Assembly (NCBI RefSeq): GCF_001194135.2
Contig: NC_068990.1
Location: 55,319,370 to 55,383,369 of the forward strand
Reading direction: 5' to 3'
DNA from: Octopus bimaculoides
Taxonomy: Eukaryota
DNA: 64,000 bases
The notes below the pieces were generated by a model, which was not told where the DNA came from, made no database searches, and saw only the letters and a program-made list of their open reading frames with translations. The position numbers and the translations under genes were made by a program. Positions 37,104 through 49,100 of this stretch are shown piece after piece (position 1 is the stretch's first letter; every line of letters starts with the position of its first letter).

Positions 37104-40100
37104 CTCCTTCATTGGACACTAAACTCTACTTGCGAAGACCTGTTGGGGCAAATGAAATTGAAATCGTAATTGAACCATATTCGATGACTGGCACCTGCGC
37201 CAGTGGAGCACTAACAACACTGTCCAAGCGTGTTCATTGCCAGAGCAGCTGTCTGGCTTCTGTGCTAGTGGCCCGTAAATAGCACCATTTGAGCGTAATC
37301 GTTAACAGCGTCGCCTTCTAGCACTTGTGCTGGTGGCACATTAGAAAATCATTCGAGCTAGGTCGTTGCCTGTGCCGCTGGACTGGCTCCCGTGCAGGTG
37401 GCACGTAAAAAACACCATTTTGAGCGTGGCCATTGCCAATACCGCCTGACTGGCCCTCATGCTGGTGGTACATAAAAGCACCCACTACAGTGGTTGGCGT
37501 TAGGTAGGGCATCCAGCTGTAGAAACTCTGCCAGATCAGATTGGAGCTTGGTGCAGCCTTCTGGCTTGCCAGTCCTCAGTCAAATCGTCCAACCCATGCT
37601 AGCATGGAAAGCAGACATTAACCAACGATGATGATGATGATGTCCACGGAAAATGGATGTTAAATGATGATGATATATATATGAGTGGTTGCTGAAAAGT
37701 TCTTGGCTTTGTGTAAAAGAAAATACAAGAGGATCAGTTAATTATGATTTTATTCAACATATTCCCCTCTCACATTCACGCACTTATTGCAGTGGTCCTT
37801 CAGTTTTTCTAAGCTTTGTAAAAGAACTCGGAAGTTTGGGCCTTCAACCAGGCTTTTCACAATACCCTTAAAGCCGGGAACTTTTCAGCACACCCTCGTA
37901 ACTTCAAAGATGTAAAAGGTAATATTTTACTTTTAAAAAACATTGATTTTGCAATTGCTGGCTTCATCAAAATTTTTGTAATGTTTATTTATTGCAGAAT
38001 TCAATTTCCTATCGCATTATCAGAGCTTCACAAGGTATGCTTGCTGGTATCACAAGCCGCATGACCTCTTTCATATTTGGCTCATCATCCGCTCAAGCTT
38101 CTGGAGCTGTAAGTTATTAACCCTTTCATTACCATATTTCTGTTGAAATGCACAACCTTTGTGTCAGTTAATTTTGAAAATGATAAAGAATTTAGTAAAA
38201 TTTTAATGGAAAGCGCAGGAGTGGCTGTGTGGTAAGTAGCTTGCTTACCAACCACATGGTTCCAGATTCATTCCCACTGCATGGCACCTTGGGCAAGTGT
38301 CTTCTACTATAGCCTTGGGCCGACCAAAGCCTTGTGAGTGGATTTGGTAGGCGGATTATTCTGTCAAATATAACGCTTATGTATTCACACTGTTTTGAAT
38401 TAATCATGCATTATCTCATAGCTTTGAGATTTCAATTATGTGAGTGTTCCTTTTGTAGAATGACATTGTAGGGTAGGTGAGAGAGGTTGGATCTAGCTGG
38501 TTTGTACATGAAACAGGTGGAATATTTGTTCCAGATATGACTGGCTTAAATGCTAAAGGGTTGATAAGCTTATATTGGTGCCAGCAAGGCCGTGTGGTAA
38601 GAAGTGTGTTTCTCAACCCTATGGTTCTGGGTTCAGTCCCATTGTGTGGAACCTTGGGCAAGTGTCTTCTACTTTAGCCCCAGGCAAACTAAAGCCTGTA
38701 TCACATATTAAAGTTACATTTATTTATGCATAATTTTCCTTAATGGTAAAAATTATGAATTTTAATGAATCATCAATCATTCATTACAATTTATCACATT
38801 GCCAAAATTTGTAATGTGCAAAGAAATTTCATCACATCTATAGCTTTCTAACTGTGACTATTTTTGTTGTTGCTTTTTAAGAATCAGAAATGTCTTTCAA
38901 ATTTGCATCCTTGACCAACCCTAGCCCTAACTAAACTTCTAACCTTAAACCCTAAGCCTTAAATCATAACTTCAGGCCAGTGCTTCTCAGCTATTTTTTT
39001 TTTATCTATGAACTCCTTTGATTCCTATTTTACTCCTGTGTACTCTCCTAGCTATTCAATGTTTAAAAAATTATATTTTTATAATTAAATATTTTGGGGA
39101 ATTTTATAAAAGAAATTGTTAAAATATTTTTGCGTATTGTTGAAATATATCTGATTTATTGCACATAAATTTTAGCAACACTTGTGAACCACTACTCTGA
39201 CTCTAAATCTTAACCCTTACATTAAACCCATCTTTTAAAGCTGAACCCAAATCTACTTTGCATCCATTCCTAAATCTTAACCCTCATCCTAAAGCACAAA
39301 ATCCTAACCCTGAACCCTACTCATTAATCTAAATCAGGCATGGGCAACCTTTTTTGAGAGGCAAACCACATGAGATGTGGCTTATCATCAGGTGGGTTAC
39401 ACTACCTAACAAAAAAAAAATAAAATTCAAGGTAATTTTTTTATTAGGTGTGTCATTCAGAGTCCTGCAGGTCACAATTTGCCCATGACTTCTCTAAACT
39501 AACCCTAAACCCTAACCAAATGTGAAACTCTAAACGATTATATAATTAAGTTTTATTGAATACTAGCAGAAATACCCGGCGTTGCCTGGGTTAAAGAGAA
39601 TAATGATATCTAAAAACGCCGTCTAGACTACGCATCATCTTTATATATAGAGATGTATATACACACACACACCCAAACACACGTATATATATGTATATCA
39701 ATATAAATATATGAAAGTCAATGAAGTTTCGTAAAAGAAGGTGATCATGTACATACTTTCTTGCTGTTGTGATTATAACACCTCATTGTAAACTATGTTC
39801 CTTGTTTTCCCTTGTGGAGCATATACAAATAGGTTTTTTGTTGCTGCCCACTCTTGAGCAGGCAACATACAGTTGTCCATGNNNNNNNNNNNNNNNNNNN
39901 NNNNNNNNNNNNNNNNNNNNNNNNNNNNNNNNNNNNNNNNNNNNNNNNNNNNNNNNNNNNNNNNNNNNNNNNNNNNNNNNNNNNNNNNNNNNNNNNNNNN
40001 NNNNNNNNNNNNNNNNNNNNNNNNNNNNNNNNNNNNNNNNNNNNNNNNNNNNNNNNNNNNNNNNNNNNNNNNNNNNNNNNNNNNNNNNNNNNNNNNNNNN

Positions 40101-43100
40101 NNNNNNNNNNNNNNNNNNNNNNNNNNNNNNNNNNNNNNNNNNNNNNNNNNNNNNNNNNNNNNNNNNNNNNNNNNNNNNNNNNNNNNNNNNNNNNNNNNNN
40201 NNNNNNNNNNNNNNNNNNNNNNNNNNNNNNNNNNNNNNNNNNNNNNNNNNNNNNNNNNNNNNNNNNNNNNNNNNNNNNNNNNNNNNNNNNNNNNNNNNNN
40301 NNNNNNNNNNNNNNNNNNNNNNNNNNNNNNNNNNNNNNNNNNNNNNNNNNNNNNNNNNNNNNNNNNNNNNNNNNNNNNNNNNNNNNNNNNNNNNNNNNNN
40401 NNNNNNNNNNNNNNNNNNNNNNNNNNNNNNNNNNNNNNNNNNNNNNNNNNNNNNNNNNNNNNNNNNNNNNNNNNNNNNNNNNNNNNNNNNNNNNNNNNNN
40501 NNNNNNNNNNNNNNNNNNNNNNNNNNNNNNNNNNNNNNNNNNNNNNNNNNNNNNNNNNNNNNNNNNNNNNNNNNNNNNNNNNNNNNNNNNNNNNNNNNNN
40601 NNNNNNNNNNNNNNNNNNNNNNNNNNNNNNNNNGTTTCATTTTTAAAGTGAAAGTATTTGACATGAGTGTTTTTGTTTCACTTTTGACACGTAATACTTA
40701 AATAGTGGAGGAGATATTATGTTGCCGTGTGCTCGAACTCTGCAAGAAGTTAATAATTTTTTTTGACTAAAACACAACTGGAACCCTAAGTAAGGCATGT
40801 GTAAAATTTGAATGAAATTGGTTGTGTAGTTCTCGAGTTTTAGGGATTCACACAGACAGACAGACAGACACACATTCTCATTTTTATATATATAGATTGC
40901 TGCATGTGCAAAAGCAAAATGAATCTATCAAGTAGTAATTTTTTCTGTTTCACATCTTAGAGACTGGGATTCCCCTTCTGTATCATTTGATGATTACATT
41001 TCTTTTTTTATATATTTATTTTTCATTACAGGCTCTTCATGCATTAATAGCTGATGATGATTATGAATTGGGCAAAGATCGTTTCTTCTATGTTCTCTCA
41101 GGAAATGTCCTTCAAAAATGGTCTATGGCTGCCAATAATACAGAAACTGTAAACTATTAAAATTTCTTTTTTTCCTCTATGTTAAACTTTTTTTTTAGCT
41201 CTGACTCTAATTTCTATTTTATTTTAAAGTCAGAGTGGCACTTTGGGCAAGTGTCTTCTACTATAGAAGACAATGATAGCACAAAAATAACTTGCATATA
41301 ATTAGCTTATTTATTACTATTTTTAGCTGACTCTAAGATTCTGGGGAGTCCTGGTTGGGAAACTCTGACATAGGAATGTCTTTGTTTTTATCTGAGTAGC
41401 TTGCAACACTGTATTATGTTAAACATTGATCTAAAAGCCTAAGCTCCCTTTTATTAAAGCTGCCATGTAAACTTTCAAAATTTGGTATCTTTCATAAAAC
41501 CAAGTCCTGTTAAACATGTCTCATATTCTGAATAATCTCTGGTTCTTCTTAACAAATACTGTTTAATTATGATTTAAATTCTGTCGGTAAGAACACCAAA
41601 GACATAGATTAAATAATTCAATATCATCTTTAAATTATTTGGTAAAACACTGGTTGGTAAAATGTAAATATTTGCAATGTTTTCAAGAAAAGAAAAGCAG
41701 ATTTATTTTCAATGAATATGTTGTTGTTTTCACTGTTGAAAATGTTTTTTATCTAGATTTTTCTTAATTTTCCTTCCAGTTACTCTTTCAGTCCAATGTT
41801 GAACGATTGTTTCGAATACAGCTGGCTAAAAAAATATGGGTAAGCATAAATATCTATAAAACAAGGAAGATTATTGTTGGTGTTTATATTTTTGTTTGTG
41901 TGGATATCCTTATATCTTTTCTACAGCAAGACACCTATCTCAGTCTCTCTGTTATTCTTTTAACTTCTCATCAATTGGTACAAAGCCACCTTCCTCAATA
42001 CTACTCATCCCAGTGAAGGAGATTTTGTCCTGTCTTGCAAGGTTACATGGTGACCCTGCTGGTGCCACGTAAAAAGCACCCAGTACACTCTGTAAAGTGG
42101 TTGGTGTTAAGGTCATCCAATCCTAGAAATTGTGCCAAAACAGTCAGTAGAGCTTGCCAAACTGTCCAAACCATGCCAGCATGGAAGGCAGATGTTAAAT
42201 GATGATGATGGTAATATATTTATTGTTGGTGTTAGAGTTGTGTTTTGACCATTGGAGCCTTTTTAAAAATTTTGTATTGATCAATTTAATATTTAATGCT
42301 TCTATACACATCTACCAAGTCACTTTCTCTTCTCTAAAGTTTATAGCCTATATTTATCATGCCGTTGTCACATTAAAAGCACCCAGCATGTACTGTAAAG
42401 TGGTTAGCATTATGATGGGCATCCAGCTTTAGAAACGAAACCAAATCAGACTGGAACCTGGTGCAACTCTCTGGCTTGCCAGCATGGAAAGTGGATGTTA
42501 AAGGGTGATGATGATATGAATTTCTCTCTTCTCTTAATACATCTCTGCAGATAAGATGGCAAGTTGACAGAATTGTTAGCTTGCTGGATGAACTGCTCAG
42601 TGACATTTTGTCTCTCTTTATGTTCTGAGTTCAAATTTCGCTGAGGTCACCTTTGCTTTTCATCCTTTCTGGGTTGATAAAATAAGTGCCAGTTGAGCAC
42701 TGGGGTGGATGTAATCAACTAACCCCCTCCCCCGAAATTACTGGCCCTGTGCCAAAATTTGAAACCAACATATCTCGGCAGACTTTTAGATTAAGCTTCT
42801 TCCTTGAATTTAAAATTACCTTACGCTTTCTTTTTGCTTTCAGAACCAAGATGTCACCAGATTGCCTCAGTTAAATATCTGGCTTCTGGATTTGCAGCTC
42901 ACTTCGTAAGTATTTGTTGTTAGTCTTTCTTTTTCTTGTCTTTTGATCGAATTACTTTCAAATTGGAAATGTCAGAGTCCAGAATAGGTGACAACATTTA
43001 AAATTCCATCCTTTGCAAAATTATTTTTGTTTACTTATGTGAGTATTATACACTTAATACTCATATCACTTTTTTTTATATGCTTAGTCATAACTGGTTC

Positions 43101-46100
43101 TTCTTAGCACAAGTAAACTAGTTCAAATATAGATAATGTTTTATGAGAATTCACTATTTATAGTAAGAAGACTATAGACTGTAAACTTTATTTATTAAAC
43201 TTAAGTACTTAAATTTTATTAGATATTTGTAATCTTTTGCTGTTATTTGCCTAAGTTCCAGATATTTTTATTCAAAAAGTAAGAGAAATAATAATTTCCT
43301 TTGAACACTATATCAGATCAGTGACTGAAGAGAACACATATATGTTATGTTAAACTTGTTACAAAAGGGATAGGTAACTTGAGTTGCGTGGCAACTTTGT
43401 AAAAACATTTTATGTGACCAAAATAGTTATTTGTATCTTGTTTCATTAGTTTAATTAGCTTGAATTGATTTTTAAAAATTCTTATTAATTTCAGTTTTGG
43501 TGTGGTTATATTGGCTGCTGCTATGAATCCGGAAGTGAGAAATGTCGTTCATTATGCTGTTGGTAAATAAATTGTGATTTTTATCAGCATTTTTACATCA
43601 AAGTTTTTGTTTTAAAGTGGAATTCTCAGTATAAGTAATGGAATTAACAGGGGAAATGGTAATCATTATAAACTATTTGTAGAAATTCTAAAGGAAAAAG
43701 AGCAACATTACTTCAAATAATCCTATTGTACCAATGAAACTCTTCCTCTAATACTATATTCCTTTTTTTTTTGTTTTTCATTTCTTTATTGCCCACAAGG
43801 GGCTAAACATAGAGGGTTCAAACAAGGACAGACAAAGGGATTAAGTCGATTACATTGACCCCTGTGAGTAACTGGCACTTAATTTATCGATCTTGAAAGG
43901 ATGAAAGACAAAGTCGACCTCGGCGGAATTTGAATTCAGAACGTAACTGCAGACGAAATACTGCTAAGCATATCGCCCGGTGTGCTAACGTTTCTGCCAG
44001 CTTGCTGCCTGTTTTTTTTTTTTTTGTTTCCGTCTTACCAACCTTTACTNNNNNNNNNNTAAGCATATCGCCCGGTGTGCTAACGTTTCTGCCAGCTTGC
44101 TGCCTGTTTTTTTTTTTTTTGTTTCCGTCTTACCAACCTTTACTGTCAAACTGTTTTACTGTATATATGTTTGTTCTTTATATTAAGATACAAACAAGGT
44201 GGTGAGTTGGCAGAATCATTAATAAGCTGGACAATATGGTCAGTGGCATTTCTGGTTTTATATTCTGAGTTCACATTCCACCAAAGTTGGATTTTGCCTT
44301 TCATCCTTTTGAGGTTGATAAAATGAGTACCAGTGGAGCACTGGAGTCTGTGTAATTGACTTCCTCCTCCCCACCAAATTTCAGGCCTTGTACCTATTGT
44401 AGAAATTTTAAAATAATTTAAAATATGCCATGTAAAAAGCACCTGTGCTGGTACCACATAATAAGCACCCAGTTCACTCTGTAAAAAGTGGTATTAAGAA
44501 GGGCATCCAGCTGTAAAAATCTTGCCAAAACAGACAGTTGGAGTCTGGTGCAGCACTCTGGTTTGCCAGCTCCTGTCAAACTGTCCAACTCATGCCAGCA
44601 TGGAAAGCAGAGTTTTATGACTGGATGCAACAAGAAGAGCTTCCAGTCATAAAATTCTGCCTCAGAAAACCCATCCAATCTGTGTCAGCATAGAAATGCA
44701 GATATAAATCCATGACTATGGGAACTGCCTAAATTATTTTGTTCTGTTTCTTTCAGAAGTTGCAAAAAACATCTGTCTCTAACCACCATCTTTTCCTCCA
44801 TACCTCTGTCTTCATACTAATATTTCAATAAATTTTTTTCTCTATTTTACCAGAATTTTTTTTGTTACTTGTGATTTCACTTTATCTTTACAGGTTCACT
44901 GTGTCTTCAGGAAACTAGTGAGCCTATGGAGTTAGAATCATTAACAGTTTTGGAACATGTTGAAATGTGGCAAGTTAGTATACATATTTTATATTTTTAG
45001 AAAATTATTACAATTATTAGGTTGAGGAAATAGTTCATGCGCCCTGTTAAAATAATGCTTTTTTATATATTTTTGTGGTTTGTGTGTTCATTCAGTGGTG
45101 ACTCACTGTGTTCGTTGAAAACATGCTTTGTTTCAACAAGACAATGCAAAGCTGCATACCACCAGAAAGACCAGCAACAAGATTGAAGAATTGGACGGTG
45201 TGGAAGTTCTGCTGCATCCAGCCTATAGTTTAGACGTTGCTCCATCTGACTATGGTCTCTTCCGATCAATGCAGCACTCTATGAAAAGTCGCCGATTTGA
45301 GTCATTTGATGAAGTTGAAGAAGCCTGTCAAGAATTTTTTGATTCAAAGCCGAAGGATTAATATTTTGACCAAATCCAAAAGCTTGCAGATCATTGGCAG
45401 AAGGTTGTGGAAAATGATGGTCTTTATTTTGAAGAATAGCTGTTGTTTTTGAATAAATTGTTGTATAAGCAATTTATTCAAAAACAACAACTATTCTTCA
45501 AAATAAAGACCATCATATTTCAACATTATTTCATTATTTTTAACATGGCGCACAAACTTTTTCCTCAATATAGTAGAATCAATACTCTATCAACTAAACT
45601 ACATGCGACTCCTTATTGTTAAACTTTAAGCCATTGTTACATTAAAAATCATTTTTCATCTGGTAAGCTTATTCTGGTCCCTGCTTTTACAGCATTACTT
45701 GGTTCTTGGATGCTTTGGACGGAATCCACTCTGATACAAGCATTTAGACCAGGTCTCCAGTCTCAGGACAAATCAATATTTCAATGTGTTACTTCTTCCT
45801 CCTATCCCTTCCCCACTAGTCTCTGAGACTCTACAAAACATCATGGTCCTGCTTTCTCTTTTCTAACTTAACCATAAACAAATTTCCTTTTAATAACGGC
45901 AGGGATTCATTTTTATAAAAATTATTACCATAAATTCTTCGACAATCATCGTATAATATTAGTAAGTTCTTGGAGAATGGATATCATAATCTAGTTTTAA
46001 CTCCCACTTGGCCTGTCATTTCATTTACCATATCTACTTGATTACAATGTGATTTCAATAATGTGACCTCCACTTTATATACCTAAAAGTCAATAAATAT

Positions 46101-49100
46101 ATTTCATTTTCTTATCTTTTCTTTTTACACTAAAGTATAATGTTACCCCTTCCTCCCTATCAATTTTGACCCTGATATTTTGTTATAAATTTTGCATATG
46201 AGTATATCTGGCATAAGCCACCTCCCTCAATACTACAACCTTCTTAGTCAAGGGGCCAAGGGGTCTTGTCTTGTGAGCTATTTGGTGACATCACTAGTGT
46301 CACTGACATGAAAAAGCATGTAGTACACTTTGCAGAGTGGTTGGCATTCGGAAGGCATCCAGCAGTAGAATCCATGCCGAAACAGACAACTGGAATTTGA
46401 CACTGTCTTCTGACCTGTTGGATTTTGTGAAACCATCCAACCCATACCATCTTGGAATACAGGCACTAAATGATGAGAATGATGAGTAAATGAAATATAT
46501 CTCTTGGGGGAAAAAAGGAAAAAGATAGGAATGTCACAACTTATATACATTTAAAGAGAGAGAGAGATAAATAAATCCCAGGTCTAATATTTTTGTAATA
46601 AATGGTAATATTGTGTATTACATTAGGAATCTAATGAAGACCACATCCTTGGCTATCATCTCTTGGTCTCAAATGTTGAAGGAGATCATGCATTGATTTA
46701 CTGCAAGACTCAAGCTCATTGTATATCATGTAAGTATGTGTTTTATTCTGTAAGATATTTAAAAGCATTTCCTTAATGATTTGTAGTAATTACCTTTAAC
46801 TTCATTAATATTTAAATATCTTTTAAATGTTAGATAGGAGTGGCTGTGTGGTAAGAAGCTTGCTTCCCAACCACGTGGTTCTGGGTTCAGTCCCACTGTG
46901 TGGCACCTTGGGCAAGTGTCGTCTAGCCTTGGGCCAACCAAAGCCTTGTTAGTGGATTTGGTTTGGTAGGTGGAAACTGAAAGAAGCCTGTCGTATATAT
47001 ACATGTAAATGTGTGTCTGTGTTTGTCTCCCTCCCCATCGCTTGACAACCAATGTTGGTGTGTTTACATCCCCATAACTTGGTTTGTTAGAATAATTACT
47101 ATGCTTGCAAAGAATAAGTCCAGTAGTCGATTTCTTCAACTAAAAGGCGGTGCTCCTGCATGGCCCCAATTAAATGACTGAAACAAGTATGACATTTCTA
47201 TTAAATTTGTTTGCCATGCAAAAAGCACCTGTGCTGGTGCCACGTAAAATGCACCCAGTACACTCTGTAAAGTGATTGACAGGAAGGGCATCCAGCAGTA
47301 GAAATCATGCCAAAGCAGACAGTTGGAGCTTGGTGCAGCTCTCCAGCTTGCTAGCGCCTGCCAAACCATCCATCTCATGCCAGTATGGAAAATGGACATT
47401 AAATGATGATGATGGTGCTAGATTGGCAGAGCTGTCAAAGCATTGGTAGCAATGCCTTGTAGCATTTGTTCTGGTGGTTTTTTTACATTCGGACTTCAAA
47501 TCTCATGAAAGTCAACAATGCCTTTTATCTTTTAGCAGCCAATAAAATGAAGTACTAGCCAAATACTGGCACTGATGGCATCGACTAATGCCCTTTTCTC
47601 AAGATTTCAGTGCTTATGTTAAAAACAGTTATCACAATGCCTTGTGCCTAAATTAGAACCACTTATTTCTTTCTTTCTTTTCAGTGGATCAAAATTTCCC
47701 TTCAGAAACTGTAGACTTCAACCGTCCTGGAGATCAGATTCTTGGAGTTGGTAAGTACATAAATATTTAGCGTAAACATATACAGTAATAAGTTCTCAAG
47801 CCAAATGAATGATTACATAAAAGATTAAATAGCCAGGTTTCGATGTTAACTCTTGTTCACTTAGTATGAAATTTGAATTTTGCATCCATTTGTGTTATAT
47901 CTTTACCATATTTCCTGGTATACAAGTTGAATTTTCCAAACCAGAATCTTCAGTCAAAAATGATAGGCTGACATATACACCAAGATGACATTGGAAGACC
48001 AAAAACTCCATGTGAAATGCAGCAGAATTTGGCAAGGTAGTGATGTTGATTGAATGTTTATACTACATTGACTTATATAGCAGAAAATATGGTAGGCAAA
48101 GCAATATTGCATAAACCTAACTAGTACGGTAGTGAAAGTAAATTTAGATTTGAATTAAACTCTGGAAAATATCAGTTTTTAAGATTTCTGCTGTTTCACT
48201 CTTTTGACTGCTCCATAAACATTTGAAAACATTATAGTTAGATGATTATAATTATTTCCCAGCCATTAGGTTTTGGGTTCAATCCATCTGTGTGACACTT
48301 TAGACAAATATTTTCTACTGTAGCCTAGAGCCAGCCAAAACTTTGTTGAGTGGATTTGGTGGATGTAAACTGAAAGAATACATCGTATCTATCTATCTAT
48401 CTATCTATATATANNNNNNNNNNNNNNNNNNNNNNNNNNNNNNNNNNNNNNNNNNNNNNNNNNNNNNNNNNNNNNNNNNNNNNNNNNNNNNNNNNNNNNN
48501 NNNNNNNNNNNNNNNNNNNNNNNNNNNNNNNNNNNNNNNNNNNNNNNNNNNNNNNNNNNNNNNNNNNNNNNNNNNNNNNNNNNNNNNNNNNNNNNNNNNN
48601 NNNNNNNNNNNNNNNNNNNNNNNNNNNNNNNNNNNNNNNNNNNNNNNNNNNNNNNNNNNNNNNNNNNNNNNNNNNNNNNNNNNNNNNNNNNNNNNNNNNN
48701 NNNNNNNNNNNNNNNNNNNNNNNNNNNNNNNNNNNNNNNNNNNNNNNNNNNNNNNNNNNNNNNNNNNNNNNNNNNNNNNNNNNNNNNNNNNNNNNNNNNN
48801 NNNNNNNNNNNNNNNNNNNNNNNNNNNNNNNNNNNNNNNNNNNNNNNNNNNNNNNNNNNNNNNNNNNNNNNNNNNNNNNNNNNNNNNNNNNNNNNNNNNN
48901 NNNNNNAACCCATGCTAGCATGGAAAGCGGACGTTAAACGATGATGATGATGATATATACATCATCATCGTCATTTAACGTCCGCTTTCCATACTAGCAT
49001 GGGTTTGATGATTTGACTGAGGACTGGCAAACTAGATGGCTGCACCAGGCTCCAATCTGATCTGGCAGAGTTTCTACAGCTGGATACCCTTCCTAACGCC

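Noticed and set aside
43965-44143. ~85-bp exact tandem duplication (similar case at 62818-62932)
   Set aside because: The copies flank a 10-N gap; typical unmerged contig overlap
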